Below, one piece after another: positions 9,456 through 21,776 of a stretch of 34,117 bases of DNA (its first letter is position 1; every line of letters starts with the position of its first letter). This DNA comes from Chiloscyllium plagiosum (taxonomy: Eukaryota). The notes under the pieces are model-generated. The model searched no databases and was not told the DNA's origin. It saw nothing but the letters and a program-made list of their open reading frames with translations. The position numbers and the translations under genes are program-made. The stretch lies in assembly GCF_004010195.1 (NCBI RefSeq), contig NC_057751.1:18561098-18595214 (forward strand). The letters run 5' to 3'.

Positions 9456-12232
9456 CACAAACAACAGTGGCCCCAGCACTGATACCTGTGGAACACCACT
9501 GGTCACATCTCTCCATTTCGAGAAACTCCCTTCAACTACTATTCTGTCTCCTGTTGCTCAACCAGTTCATTATTCACCTAACTCCACTTTCTCCATGAGT
9601 TTACTATGAGGAACCTTATCAAACGCCTGACTAAAGTCCATATATATGACATCTACAGTCCGTCCTTCATCTATCAACTTGGTTACTTCCTCAAAGAACT
9701 CTATAAAGTTGCTAAGGCACGATGCACGCCCCCGCGCCCCCCTGAAACAAAGCCCATTTTTTCCCAAATATAAATAGATTTTATCCCGCAGTACCTTCTC
9801 CTTTCCCGCCACTGATGTCAGGCTCACTGATCTGTAGTTACCCAGAATATCCCTACTACCCTTCTTGTAGAGGGGACAACATGAGCATCCTTCCAGTCCT
9901 CCGGCACCTCACCTGTATTTAAGGATGCTACAAAAATATCCTTAAATATATCTTTAAGGGTCCCAGCTATTTCTCTCTCGCCTCCCTCAGCAACCTGGGA
10001 TAGATCCCATCCGGTCCTGGGGATTTGTTCACCTTAATAACCTGTAGCCTACCCAACACACCTTCCCTACTTATGTCCACGTGATCCAAGGTAATCAATC
10101 TTCTATCTCTAATCTGAACATTCATCCTGTTCCTCTCCTCAGTGAACACTGATGCAAAGTAATCATTCAGAATCTCCCCCATTTTCTCAGGTTCGACACA
10201 CAACCTTCCTTCCTTATCTTTTAGTGGACCAATCCTTTCTCCAGTTGCCTGCTTGATTCTTATACAAGAATAAAAGGCTATGGGGTTCTCCTTAATTCTG
10301 CAAGCTAAAGCTATTTCATGACCCTTTTTAGCCCGCTTGATTCCTCGTTTAAGACTGGTCCTACTCTCTCGATATTCCTCCAGGGCCCATTCTATTCTTA
10401 GTTGCCTGGACCTTATTGTACGCTTCCTTTTTCCTCTTGACTAGTCGTACAATTTCTCCTGTCATCACGGTTCACAAATCTTGCCTTTCCTATCCTTTGC
10501 TTTCAATGCGACATGACTATCCTGCACTATCTTTCATCTATCTTTGAAAGCCTCTCACATCTCAAATGTGGACTTCCCTTCAAATAGCTGTGTCCAATCC
10601 ACATTTCCCAGCTCCTGCCTAATTTTGATATAATTGGCCTTGGCCCAGTTTAGTACTCTTCCCTGAGGACCACTCTCATCTTTGTCTACGAGTATTCTAA
10701 AACTTACAGAATTGTGGTCACTGTTCCCAAACAAATCCCCCATCACAACTTCTCCCACTTGGCCTGGCTCATTCCCCAGTATCAGGTCCAACATGGCCCC
10801 TTCCCTTGTTGGACTACTGACATACTGTTCTAGAAAACTCTCCTGGACGCTTCTTACAAATTCCGCCCCATCCAGACCTCTGACACTAAGCGTATCCCAG
10901 TAAATGCTGAGAAAATTAAACACTCCCATCAGCACCACCCTATTGCCTCTACAGCTTTCCATAATCTGCTTCCATATTTGCTCTTCTACATCACACTCAC
11001 TGTTGGGAGACATGTAATACAGCCCCAACAATGTAACTGCACCCATATTTCTCAGATCCACCCATAATGGCTCACTACTCAAGCCCTCCATAGTGACCAG
11101 CAATGCAACTCCTCCCCCCTTTTACTTCCCTCCCTATCCTGTTTGAAGCGTCTATATACTGGAACGTTTAGCTGCCAATCCTGCCCTTCCTTCAATCAAG
11201 TCTCTGTGATTACAATAACTTCATACTCCCAGGCACCAATCAAAGCCTTACCTACTATACTCCTTGCACTGAAGAATATGCAGGCTACCAGTTCTTTTGC
11301 ATTCACCTGCTCTCTGCCTACTCTTCCCCTAACTTCATGATTCTTATAGTCTCCAGTTTCCACCTCGCTGTCCACTTGTCTTGTCTCCTTGTTCCCAGCC
11401 ACCTAGAACATTAGTTTAAAATCTCCCCAACAGCAGTAGCAAAAACTCCGGCAAGGACATTAGTTCCAGTCTGCTTCAGGTGTAGACCATTCAATTTGTA
11501 GTAGTCCCACCTTCCGCAGAACCAATCCCAATGTCCAACAAATCTGAACCCCTCCCTCCTACACCATTCCTCAAGCCACGTGTTCATCCTGCCTATTCTT
11601 TCATTTCTACACTGACTAGCATGTGGCACTGGTAGTAATCCTGAGATCACTACCTTTGAGGTCAATCTTTTTAACTTCTCTCCTAGATCACTGAATTCTA
11701 CTTTCAGGACCTCATCTCGTTTTTTAACTTAGATAATCGATGTCTATGTCCACCAAGACTGTTCACCCTTCCCTTTTCGAATGCTCTGCAGCCGGCCGTA
11801 TGAGTCTTTTTCACGCCCTTCTGAACAACAGTGCCCGCCATGGTGCCATGATACTGGCAACTGCTGCCCTACCCTGGTGAGCCATCTCCCCCAACAGTAT
11901 CCAAAATGTTATACCTGTTCTGGAGGGAGATGACCGCAGGGGACACCTGCTCTGCCTTCCTACTCTTTTTCTGCCTTTTGGTCACCCATTCACTATCTCC
12001 CTCAGCAATTCTAACCTGCAGTGTGACCAGTTCACTAAACGTGCTATCCACAACGTCCTTCGCATTGTAGATGCTCCACAGTGAATCCATCCGCAGCTCC
12101 AGAGCCGTCATAAGGTCGAACAAGAGTTGCAGCTGGACACACTTCTTGCAAGTGTAAGAACATCAGCCTGAGGTCCCATATCAAGCAAGAGGCACATGCC
12201 CCGGGTCTGAGGTCCCATGCCATTGTAAGCAT
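9095..12232 (-). mobile_element. CR1 LINE, 5'-near-complete and 3'-truncated (ORF1 esterase + ORF2 EN/RT), degenerate
   Basis: ORF1 N-terminal Cys motif (CASC) and SGNH esterase (VVISGLLPVP...GLHLKQTGTNVLAGVF). APE endonuclease (VIVITET, LDLILGN, SDHN). RT (KSPGPDGIYPRLL, YMDFSQAFDKVPH). Confidence 0.92.
9427..9455. repeat. (CA)n microsatellite inside CR1
   Basis: About 14 consecutive CA units. Confidence 0.95.
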
Positions 12233-12352
12233 TAGCTTTATATCAACTAACTAAAACGAAACAATGCACTCAAATATATGCATTCATGTAATGTTATATT
12301 TAAACTTGCAGTGTTTGAATCTGACATTGACGTCACTTTGATCTTAGTGCAC

Positions 12353-12515
12353 CAAGTTCTTTCAGTATCTTGCCCAGCTTTGGGATCCTGTGGTGCATTT
12401 ACACAAAGGATTCCCACATCACCTTACGAAGCTGAGAGCCTTTCTCCATCACCAGTTTAAGGAGAAGTTTGGAATTGTCTGCTCAGTTTCCTTTCTCTAC
12501 AAGCTCAATGATTTT
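12353..12515 (-). pseudogene. NLR pseudogene exon, second half of N-terminal (death-fold-like) domain
   Basis: TTACAG acceptor. Reads KIIELVEKGN*ADNSKLLLKLVMEKGSQLRKVMWESFV*MHHRIPKLGKILKEL(G). Phase 0-1 with a GT donor and two in-frame stops. Confidence 0.88.
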
Positions 12516-13549
12516 CTGTAATGAATTATGAAGAATATATGGAGGGGTGAAGTGAAAAGATAAAGTTGAATTTAGTGGAAGGTTGTGCTCTGCAAGACCT
12601 AGCAAGTTTTCTCATCCTACTGTCACAAAACTGCCTATGTTGCCCTCATATTGAGCTTGAATCTCCGGCTAGACTCTCACTTTAATGTTGCTGCGACACC
12701 CATCTCCCACCAAGGCTTCACCCGTGCACCGCTTTTTACCATGACTGCACACAACATGTTGCCTCACTTACTTTCACCCACTCCAGCACTCAGACTACTA
12801 ACCTTGCATGCTCTCTGCATAACCAATGGACTCAGTCAGGTCCACCTCTTGCAGGTAACAGTGGTATCTCCAGAGTATCAGTTATCAAGCGGGCTGTTCC
12901 GCAAGACATTTGCTCCCGCACCTTCAAGGGAGTAGTGTCCTCGTAGGATGTACCAGCAATGCTTCCCCTTTCATGCCCTGCCAGGTCACATACTGACACC
13001 TCAGTGGGAAGGTAACATTAGTGGCACAAGCACCAACTGGTCAGTACATCACTGCAACATCTGTGCAGCTGGCCAAGGAGGAAATATGGCAGGCACTCAG
13101 AACTGCGAGAGACAAAGCACCAGTACAGCACCAAGGAGAAGAGGAGTCTAGTATCAGCAATTAAACATGCACAAAAAGGTACAAATGCAGCAGAGAGATG
13201 TGCCATGGCTTGGGTGTAGGTTGAGGGGGGCAATTTCTACCATAGTGTGGAGGTTTGCAGGATTACAGAAATGCTATCGGGCCACATTTGCCTCCATGGA
13301 TAGGTTATCAGTTGCCATGGAGATCCAAGTTCAACAGGCTCAGAGTCTGCGAGATATGTACGCAGACTCCAACCCTTTACCATTGGGCCTCAGCAGTGAT
13401 AGCGCAGAGAGAGGAAAAGTGAGAAAACTTGATGTCACGAGCAATAACGTCGCTAGGTTTTTGCCTCCCCATCATCTCGCATGTGACACCTTGGTCCTTG
13501 GGACTTCAAGGAGGGAGAAGGATGGGTGGGTTCTTTGTCTGAAATTTGC

Positions 13550-13730
13550 ATTGGCCACTAGACAGAGATTCAAACAAATTTTGTGTGGACAATACCTACA
13601 TATCAAAGAATATGGGGAGAAAGCAGGAGCAGAGCACTGATTTAGATGATCAACTATGATCTGTACGGATGGCAAAGCAGGCTCAAAGATCGGAATGGTC
13701 TACTCCTGCTCCTATTTCCTGTCTCCTCAT
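13550..13730 (+). mobile_element. Old CR1/L2-type LINE 3' end
   Basis: The terminus GGCAAAGCAGGCTCAAAGATCGGAATGGTCTACTCCTGCTCCTATTTCC is typical of elasmobranch LINE tails. Confidence 0.55.
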
Positions 13731-13949
13731 ACTTTCAAACATCAGGAAACCTCTCTGGGCAGTCCTAAATTCTGTAATTGAATGCTCTCCAGTGAAGGTT
13801 TTGGGAGTCAAAAACCGTTCTAAACCTGAAGAAAACCAGTTCATCTTGCCTTCAGTAGTTGCTCTAAGTTGTGATTTTTGACTGATAAGTTAAAGATCTT
13901 TCACAAATGAACCAGCTACCCAGCGTCCCTTGGAAATCAGTGGAAGCAT

Positions 13950-14222
13950 CCATTAGGGATAGAGTTCCAGTATTTTAGCCAGAGAAAAAGAAGGAACAGT
14001 GATATAGTCCCAAGTAAGGATGGGGAGTAGCTTGCAGTGCCGACGCATCTGCTGCATTTGTAATGCTAGATGGCAGTGGTCGTGTGTTTGGAAGCTTCTA
14101 TTGAAGGAGAGTTGAAGGATTTCTGCAGTGCATTTTGTAAATAGTACACACTGCTGCTTCAAAGCATCAATGGTGATAAGAGTGGATGTTGAGTGGGGTG
14201 TCAATCAAGTGAGCTGCTTTGT
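13950..14222 (-). mobile_element. Old LINE 3' region fragment
   Basis: The minus strand ORF reads TITIDALKQQCVLFTKCTAEIL...ILTWDYITVPS, resembling a common shark LINE C-terminus. Recognition only. Confidence 0.4.
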
Positions 14223-14224
14223 CA

Positions 14225-14690
14225 AAGAGATCTACAGCACAGTAAAAGGCCTTTCAGCCTATCATATCAATTTCCTTTTCCAGCACCTAGCTGATAACAT
14301 TGTATGCCTTGGCATCACAAGTGTATACCTAAATACTTAACTGTTATGAGGGACTCGGTCTCTGCCACTTTTACTGAAAGCCAGTTCCAGATTCCCAGCA
14401 CTCTGGGTGAAAAAAGTTTTTCTTACATCTCCTCTAAACCTGCTGCACCTTCACCTTAAATATAAAGATCCCTGCTCATTGATCCTTCCATCAAGGGGCA
14501 AGGTTTCTTCCTGTCAAGCCTATCTATTTCTTCTTAACTTTTATATATCTCAATCATGAGCCCTCTGAATTTCCTCTGCACTAAGGAAAACAACCCGGTC
14601 TGTCCAAGCTCTCTTCATAACTGAAAATTCCCAGCCCAGGCGACATCCTGGTATACCTGGACAGCCTCTCCACTGTACATCCTGTGTTAT
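14225..14690 (-). mobile_element. Degenerate CR1 3' region
   Basis: Reverse complement of a CR1 ORF2 C-terminus (YEESLDRPGCFP..., FRGDVRKNFFTQS) and a GGCTGAAAGGCCTTTTACTGTGCTGTA tail. Confidence 0.65.
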
Positions 14691-14705
14691 CCTGGATGGT
14701 GTTGA

Positions 14706-16549
14706 TCAGGGTTAATCCTACGGCTTTCCAATAGGATCAGGGTTAATCCTAAGGCTTTCCATAGGTATGTCAGGAATAAAAGAATAACGAGAGTTAAATT
14801 AGGGCCAATCAAGGATAGTAGTGGGAAGTTGTGTGTGGAGGCAGAGGAGATAGGGGAAACATTAAATAAATATTTTTCAACAGAGTTCAACATAGAAAAT
14901 GACAATGTTGGCAAGGAAGATACAGAGATACATTCATCTAGACTAGAAGAGATTGAGGTTCACAAGGAAGAGGTATTGGAATTGTTACAGAATGTGAAGA
15001 TAGACAAGTCCCCTGGGCCAGATGGGATGTATCCTAGGATCCTCTGGGAAGCAAGGGAAAAGGTTGCCGAGCCTTTGGCATTGATCTTCAAATCATCATT
15101 GTCTGCAGGAATAGCGCCTGAGGACTGGAGGATAGCAAATGTGATTCCCCTGTTCAAAAAGGGCAGTAGAGACAATGCTGGTAATTACAGACCAGTGAGT
15201 CTCACTTCAGTTGTTGGTAAAGTGTTGGAAAAGGTTATAAGAGATAGGATTTATAACCATCCAGAAAAGAATAATCTGATCAGGGACAGTCAGCACGGTT
15301 TTGTGAAGGGTAGGTCGTGCCTAATGAATCTTATTGAGTTTTTTGATAAAGTGACCAAACAGGTAGATGAGAGTAAACCGGTTGATGTGGTGTATATGGA
15401 TTTGAGCAAGGCATTCGATAAAGTTCCCCACTATTAAGTCGGCTATTATACAAAATGCGGAGAAATGGGATTGTGGGAGACATAGCAGTTTGGATAAGTA
15501 ATTGGCTTACTGAAAGAAAACAGAGGGTTGTAGTAAATGGAACATGTTCATCTTGGTGTCCAGTTACTAGCGGCGTACCACAAGGGTCAGTGTTAGGTCT
15601 ACTGCTGTTCATCATTTTTATAAAAGACCTGGATGAGGGCATGGAAGGGTGGGTTAGCAAATTTGCGGACGACACTAAGGTAGGTGCAGTTGTGGATAGT
15701 AATGAAGGATGTAGTAGGTTGCAGAGAGCCATAGATAGGATGCAGAACTGGGCTGAGAGGTGACAAATGGAATTTAATGTGGGCAAGTGAGAGGTGATAC
15801 ACTTTGGACTGAGTAATCAGAATGCAGAGTACTGGGCTAATGGTAGGATTCTAGGGAGTGCGGATGAGCAGAGGGATCTCGGTGTCCATGTACACAGATC
15901 CCTGAAAGTTGCTATCCGGATTGACAGGGTTGTTAAGAAGGCATACAGTGTTTTGGCCTTTATTAATAGAGGGATTGAGTTCCGGAACCAGGAGCTTATG
16001 CTGCAGCTGTACAAAGCTCTGGTGTGGCCACACTTGGAGTACTGCGTACAGTTCTGGTCACCGCATTATAAGAAGGATGTTGAAGCTTTGGAAAGGGTGC
16101 AGAGGAGATTTACTAGGATGTTGCCTGATACGAAGGGAATGTCTTACGAGGAAAGGCTGAGGGCCTTGAGGCTGTTCTCGCTAGAGAGAAGGTTGAGAGG
16201 TGACTTAATAGAGACATACAAGATAATCAGAGGGTTAGATAGGGTGGACAGGGAGAGCCTTTTTCCAAGCATGGGGAAGGCAAACACAAGGGGACACAGC
16301 TTTAAAGTGAGGGGAGATAGGTATAAGACAGATGTCAGAGGTAGTTTCTTTACTCAGAGATTAGTAAGGATATGGAATGCATTGCCTGCAATGGTAGTAG
16401 ATTCGCCAAGTTTAAGTTTAAGTCTTCATTGGACAGGCATATAGATGTAAATGGAATAGTGTAGATGGATGGGCTTCAGATTAGTATGACAGGACGGCGC
16501 AACATCAAGGGCCCAAGGGCCTGTACTGCGCTGTAATGTTCTATGTTCT
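14706..16549 (+). mobile_element. CR1 LINE, 5'-truncated ORF2 RT region with 3' tail
   Basis: [58 protein letters not shown]. Tail CTGTAATGTTCTATGTTCT. A ~31-bp tandem duplication (ATCAGGGTTAATCCTA.GGCTTTCCA) sits at the 5' junction. Confidence 0.95.
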
Positions 16550-16778
16550 TGAGTATTGCTGCAAATGCACCCAGCCAATCAAGTGGAAAAAATCTAATCT
16601 TTCTTTTTATAAACAAAAATAATCCAGGCATTTCTGCATTGTTTTTCACTCAAGTCCACAAAGTATGGAATACGAACCTTTCATAACAACAGACTTTGGT
16701 CTTTTTCTTTAGCAAACAATGCATTTATTATCAGTATTGTTCATTCAGTTCTCTGATTTCTGCATTCCTGTCACTTAT

Positions 16779-16946
16779 TTGATGTTCTTGTCCATTGATG
16801 ATTCTCTCATATGTTAACAATGAGCTGACTCCATCCATCACTCTTTCAATCTCTCGTTTAAGTCTGTCCCTAAAGAATTTTGTCAAGTGGAGCAAATTAA
16901 AATCTTCACACTTTTACAGGAACTCTAATGATTACAGAGTTCAAAT
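16779..16946 (-). pseudogene. NLR pseudogene exon, first half of N-terminal domain
   Basis: TTCATAG acceptor. Reads (D)LNSVII/frameshift/EFL*KCEDFNLLHLTKFFRDRLKREIERVMDGVSSLLTYERIINGQEHQ. The donor is ATAAGT (GT lost). Phase 1-0 fits the neighbouring exons. Confidence 0.85.
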
Positions 16947-17113
16947 CTATGAACATGTTCGAAGACAAACACATCATTCTCTTCTAAACACCCTACAAAC
17001 CATATTGTATCATAGAATGTTCTTGCTTTCGCATTGTATCAACCTATATAGTCGCTTCTTAAAAAATGGGGCAGTTTTATAAACTGATTCTTATATTCCA
17101 CTACTTGGAATAC

Positions 17114-17174
17114 CTGGCGGCCTCTGAGCCTTAATTAAACTTAAACATTGTTTTTGTCCTTCTGTTATTTCCAT
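17114..17174 (-). pseudogene. Probable first coding exon of the NLR pseudogene
   Basis: AGGATGG start, MEITEGQKQCLSLIKAQRPP + 1 nt, then CAG|GTATTC donor. Phase 1 joins the next exon to make GAT (Asp) across a 167-bp intron. Confidence 0.55.
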
Positions 17175-17519
17175 CCTATTGGATACTTTTGACAGGAAAG
17201 CAAAATTTTCTGTATTTCAGCTGCTGTCTACAATTCTGATAAATCTGCACACTTTGACCCAATATCTACCAGTAACCTTGTGAATAGATGAGACTCTAGC
17301 ATAAATTCTCTTGCAGAAACTTAAATGTGGTGTGAGAAAATGACAAAGCCCTGGCAGGATCTGTTGTGCTGGCACTGTTCTACAACCTTGTTGATAGTTA
17401 CCCAGAGACAAACACTTGCTCCAATATTAAAGGTGTTATATTGTCATTTAGCATGGAAACAGTCCCTTCAATCAAAACTAGTTCTTGCTTACCATAATCC
17501 CAAACATAACCAGCCCCAG

Positions 17520-19100
17520 CTGCCTGCGCTTGGCCTATATCCCTCCAAACATTTCTCTAAAGTCTTTTAAATGTTGTAATTGTACAGCATCCACCACTTC
17601 CTCTGCAAGTTCATTCCACATGGAAACCACTGCATAAAAGAAATGCTGCTGTGTCTTCTTTCAATATCTTTGCTCTCCCCTTAAATACATGCCCTCTAGT
17701 CTTGAAATCCCCTACTCAGGGGAAAATGCACCTACCATCCATCATTTATCCATCATTACTTTATAAACCCCAACAAGGTCACCCCTCAACCTCTTGCACT
17801 CTATTGAAAAAGTCCGAACTTATCCTTATAACTCAAAGCATCCTTTCCCAGCATCCTGGTACACCTCTTCTGTACCCTTTCCAGCTCAAAAATATCGTGC
17901 TTATCAGCCAGAACTGGACACAGTATTCCAGAAGAGGTCTCACCAATGATCTGTACAAGCTCAATCTAACATTCCAACCCCTAGTCTCAACTGTCTGACA
18001 ATGAAGACAAGTACATTAAAATGGCGTTTTAAGCACCCCTGTCTATATGTGATGCAAACTTCAAAGAATTATGTACCTGAACCCTTAGGTTACTCTGCTC
18101 TGAAACACTGCCCAAGGCACAATTTTTAATGGTATATGTCTTGTCTATGTTTACATAGAACATAGACCATTACAGCGCATTACAGGTGCTTCCATCCTCG
18201 ATGTGTTTCACAGGTCGGTGCAACCATTTGAAGCACATCTAACGAACACAACTGCATTTTTGTCCATATGACTATACAACAATCATATAAATGCCCTTAA
18301 CTTTGGTGAGTCTACTACTGTTACAGGCACTGTGTTCAACTCCCCAACTACTCTGAGCAAAGAAACAACCTCTGACATCTGCCCAATATCGATCACCCCT
18401 CAATTTAAAGCTATGCCCCCTCGTGCCAGCCATTACCATCCAAGGAAAAAGGCTGTCACTGTCCACCCTAACTCTATGGTTATCTTATATGTCTCAATTA
18501 AGTCACCTCTCAACCTTCTTCTCTCCAATGAAAACAGCCTCAAGTCCCTCAGATTTTCCTCAAAAGACCTTCCCTCCATCCAACAGAACAATTCACTTGA
18601 TTATATTAGATTACTTACAGTGTGAAAACAGGCCATTCGGCCCAACAAGTCCACACCGACCGTCCGAAAAGCAACCCACCCAGACCCATTCCCCTACATT
18701 TACCCCTCCCTATAGCAGGGCAACCAGACTGCACACAATACTCAAAAAATGGCCACACCAACGGCTTGCATAACCTTAACATGACATTCCAACTCAATGT
18801 TTTTAAGCAACGAAGGCAAGCATGCTGAACACCTTCTTAACTACCTGTGACACAACTTTCTAAGAATTATGTGCCTGAGCCCCTCTGTCTCTCAGTTCTA
18901 CACCACTGTCCAGGGCCCTACCATTCACTGCGTAAATTCTCCCTTGCTTATTTAGCAAAAAAAACACTCAATTATCAAAATTAAACTCCATCTGCCACTC
19001 CTCAGCCCACTGGACTAACTGATTAAAGATCCTGATGTCATTTTATTCACTGTCCACTATCACCAATTTTGGTGTCATCTACAAACTTACTAACCATGCC
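17520..19100 (-). mobile_element. Cluster of nested degenerate CR1 fragments (plus SINE 3' end at ~18600-18712)
   Basis: Reverse-complement RT C-terminal motifs (LVWPFFEYCVQ, GTRGHSFKLRGDRY). CR1 tail ACATAGAACATAG at ~18153. HE1 3' end TTAGATTACTTACAGTGTGAAAACAGGCC at ~18606. Confidence 0.75.
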
Positions 19101-19113
19101 ACAAAGCATAGGG

Positions 19114-20320
19114 AAAACCTGAGGACTACAGATCAGAATCAAGAGTGATGTGCTGAAAAAGCATAGCAGGTCAGGCAGCATCCGAGGAGCAGGAGAATCA
19201 ACATTTTGGGCATAAGTCCATCACCAGGAATGAGGCTTGTGGGCCAGGGGCTGAGAAATATATGGGAGAGGGGTGGGGCTGATGAAGGGAGCGTGATAGG
19301 TCGATGAAGATGGAGGAAAGGTGATAGGTCGGAGAGGAGGGTGGCACAGATAGACGGGAAGGAAGATGAGCAGGTCAAGAGGACGGTGCCAAGTTGGAGG
19401 TTTGGGGTTGGGAAAAGGTGGTGGGAGGGGAAATGAGGAAAGTGGTGAAATCCACATGGATCACATGTGGTTGCAGGGCCCCAAGGCGGAAGATGAAGCA
19501 TGCTTCTTCCAGGGGTCAGGTGGTTTGGGTTTGGCAATGGAGGAAGCCCAGGACGTGCATGTCCTTGGTGGAGTGGGAGGGGGAGTTAAAGTGTTTGGGC
19601 ATGGGGCATTGGGTTTGGTTTGTGCGGGTGTCCCAGAGATGTTCTCTGAAGTGATCTGCAAGTTGGCTTCCTGTTCTCCGATGTAGAGGAGACCACATCG
19701 GGTACAACGGTTACATTAGATGACGTGTGTGAAAGTACAGGTAAATTTCTGTCAGATGTGGGAAGATCTTTTGGGGCCTTGGACGGAGTTGACGGGGGAG
19801 GCATGAGCACAGTTTTTCCACTTGTTGCAAAGCCAACAGAAATTTACCTGTAAACCTTCCACGTCCGACAGAAATTTACCTGTAAACATGCAGGTCCTCG
19901 GCCGCCTCCCTTGCTAAACCCTAACTACCCGACGTCTGGAGGAAAAACGGCTCATCTTCCGCCTTGGGACCCTGCAACCACACGGGATCAATATGGATTT
20001 CACCAGTTTCCTAATTTCTCCTCCCCCCAACTTATCCTAGTGCAAAGCTTCCAATTCAGTACCGCCCTCTTGACCTGCCCGTCTTCCTTCCCACCTATCC
20101 GTTCTACCCTCCTCTCTGGCCTATCACCTTTCCCCCCAACTTCATCTACCTATCACATTCCCAGCTACGTTCCACCACCACCCCCCACACCACTCCCTCT
20201 TATTTATCTCTCACCCCTCTCCACAAGCCTCATGACTGATGAAGGGCTTATGCCCGAAACATCGATTCTCATGCTTCTTGGATGCTGCCTGACATGCTGT
20301 GCTTTTGCAGTACTACACTC
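19114..20320. mobile_element. Penelope-like element, two arms in inverted orientation (GIY-YIG C-terminus + pLTR ends)
   Basis: The left arm (minus) encodes the GIY-YIG C-terminus (...HFREHLWDTRTNQTQCPMPKHFNSPSHSTKDMHVLGFLHCQT). The right arm (plus, from ~19888) repeats MQVLG...RLIFRLGTLQP and the same 3' terminus with the hammerhead motif. Confidence 0.8.
20232..20267 (+). ncRNA. Minimal hammerhead ribozyme-like motif in Penelope-like terminus
   Basis: CTGATGA (20236-20242), stem GGGC-TTAT-GCCC, GAAA (20256-20259), then CATC. Confidence 0.6.
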
Positions 20321-20327
20321 TCATGCC

Positions 20328-20535
20328 TCAAATCACAGAATCCCTAGTGTAGGAACAGGCCTAACAAGTCCACACCAACCCTCTGAAGAGTATCCCACCC
20401 AGACTCAGTCCCCTACTCTTTTACTGTACATTGCGCCTGACTTATGCACCTCACCTACACATCCCTGAACACCATGGGTAATTTTAGCATGGCCGATTCA
20501 TCTAGCCTACACATCTTTGGGAGGAAACCGGAGCA
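20328..20535 (-). mobile_element. HE1/V-SINE 3' half, degenerate
   Basis: Matches the SINE at 5558-5740 (AACAAGTCCACACC, AATTTTAGCATGGCC, CACATCTTTGG, GAGGAAACCGGAGCA). Confidence 0.75.
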
Positions 20536-20544
20536 GATTTATAT

Positions 20545-20960
20545 AACTGACCATTATAAGCTGCCATTTACATCAATAAATGACCAACAACAGTGGATCC
20601 TGCACCAATCCCTGCAGAACACTGCTGGACACGGGTCTCCAGTCCAAAAAAATGCTCCTCTATCACCACTCTCGGTCCCTTACCTTTAAACAATTTTGCA
20701 TGCAGTTTGCAAGCTCTCAATGAATCCCATGCAATCTAAGAGTACTCACCAGTCTCCCAGGCAGAACCTTCTCAATGCAGGCAGTGTCGACTACTCTGTC
20801 CTCATCTATCTTTTTTGCCTTCAAAAATAGAACTCAACTTCGTGAGACACGATGTCCAATACACACAGGCACATCGACTCTCCCTTAATCGTCTCTCCAA
20901 ATGCAATAAATCCTCTCTCTGAATCCATCCAACGCGGCTTTCAGACTCATTAGTCCCAGG
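20545..20960 (-). mobile_element. Degenerate CR1 RT fragment
   Basis: Reverse complement resembles CR1 RT (WRPVSSSVLQGLVQDPLLLVIY...). Confidence 0.55.
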
Positions 20961-21102
20961 CTTCGCATCAAAAACGCCACTTGAATTCCTCTCTTACCTC
21001 CCTTGGTGCAGCATTGAAATCCAGGAACACTGAGCTGCCAGTCCTCCCCTTCCCTCAGGCAAAAGTGAGGACTGCAGATGCTGGAAACCAGAGTTTAGAT
21101 CA

Positions 21103-21776
21103 TGGCTTGGCTGGTGGTGAGAAGGGCTCTGCCTGTGAGATCCTTTATGCACGCCCGGACTCTCAGCACGCTGCCCTCGAAGCGACTGCGGGGGGGGGAC
21201 GAGACTGTCACACACCTCCTTCTGGAATGTGCCTACGCAGAAGAAGTCTGGAGAGGAATGCAGTGGTGTTTGTCGAGATTCATCCCGAGCAGCGCCCTGA
21301 TGCGGGACTCAGTGCTCTATGGTGTGTTCCCCTGGACGCACACCGAGATGAACATCAACTGTGCCTGGAGGATCATCAATTCGCTCTCTGGGCGATCCGA
21401 GACCTATTGATCTTCCAGCTGAAGGAGTTGACCCCGACTGAGTGTTGCAGACTGGCACATTCTAAGGTCCAGGACTACGTGCTGAGGGACGCGCTGAAGC
21501 TTGGGGCAGCTGACGCCAAGGTGCGGTGGGGAAAGACCACCGTGTAACATCTGCCTGCCTAAGAAGAACAGGGGGCCCACGCAGTCATTTGTATTCTGCT
21601 GACGCCTCAGCTAAATATTTGGATACATGATTGATAAATGTACAGACCTGTATATACAAATGATAAATTCTGATCTCTGTATGCAAAGAAATGGAATGTT
21701 CACGTATGTATGGCATGACCAACTGTACAGACCATCAAAATATTTTATGAATAAAGTATATTTTTGAAATAAAAAA
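21103..21776 (+). mobile_element. L1/Tx1-clade LINE 3' fragment with polyA signal and 14-bp TSD
   Basis: zf-RVT-like C-terminus AWLVVRRALPVRSFMHAR...ETVTHLLLECAYAEEVW, ending ...RWGKTTV*. Two AATAAA signals and an A-tail. TSD CAGAGTTTAGATCA at 21089-21102 and 21777-21790, inside a Penelope-type terminus (21059-21803). Confidence 0.85.

Larger units (their letters stand above)
4919..17174 (-). pseudogene. NLR family (NACHT/LRR, NLRC3/NLRP-like shark expansion type) multi-exon pseudogene
   Basis: Six collinear minus-strand exon remnants with largely compatible splice phases (listed separately). They translate to the typical chondrichthyan NLR N-terminal domain, the post-NACHT region and RI-type LRRs. 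They contain in-frame stops, frameshifts and broken GT donors. Confidence 0.85.

Noticed and set aside
12630..13450. ORFs of 67-157 aa, possibly an old DNA transposon (Harbinger-like) remnant
   Set aside because: No catalytic motif, TIR or TSD identified, and ORF 13167-13640 runs into a LINE tail.
13733..13825. 93-bp open phase 1-1 exon-like segment on the minus strand
   Set aside because: Its donor lies at the edge of a LINE tail, its phase does not fit between the phase-0 NLR exons, and the peptide is unrecognised.
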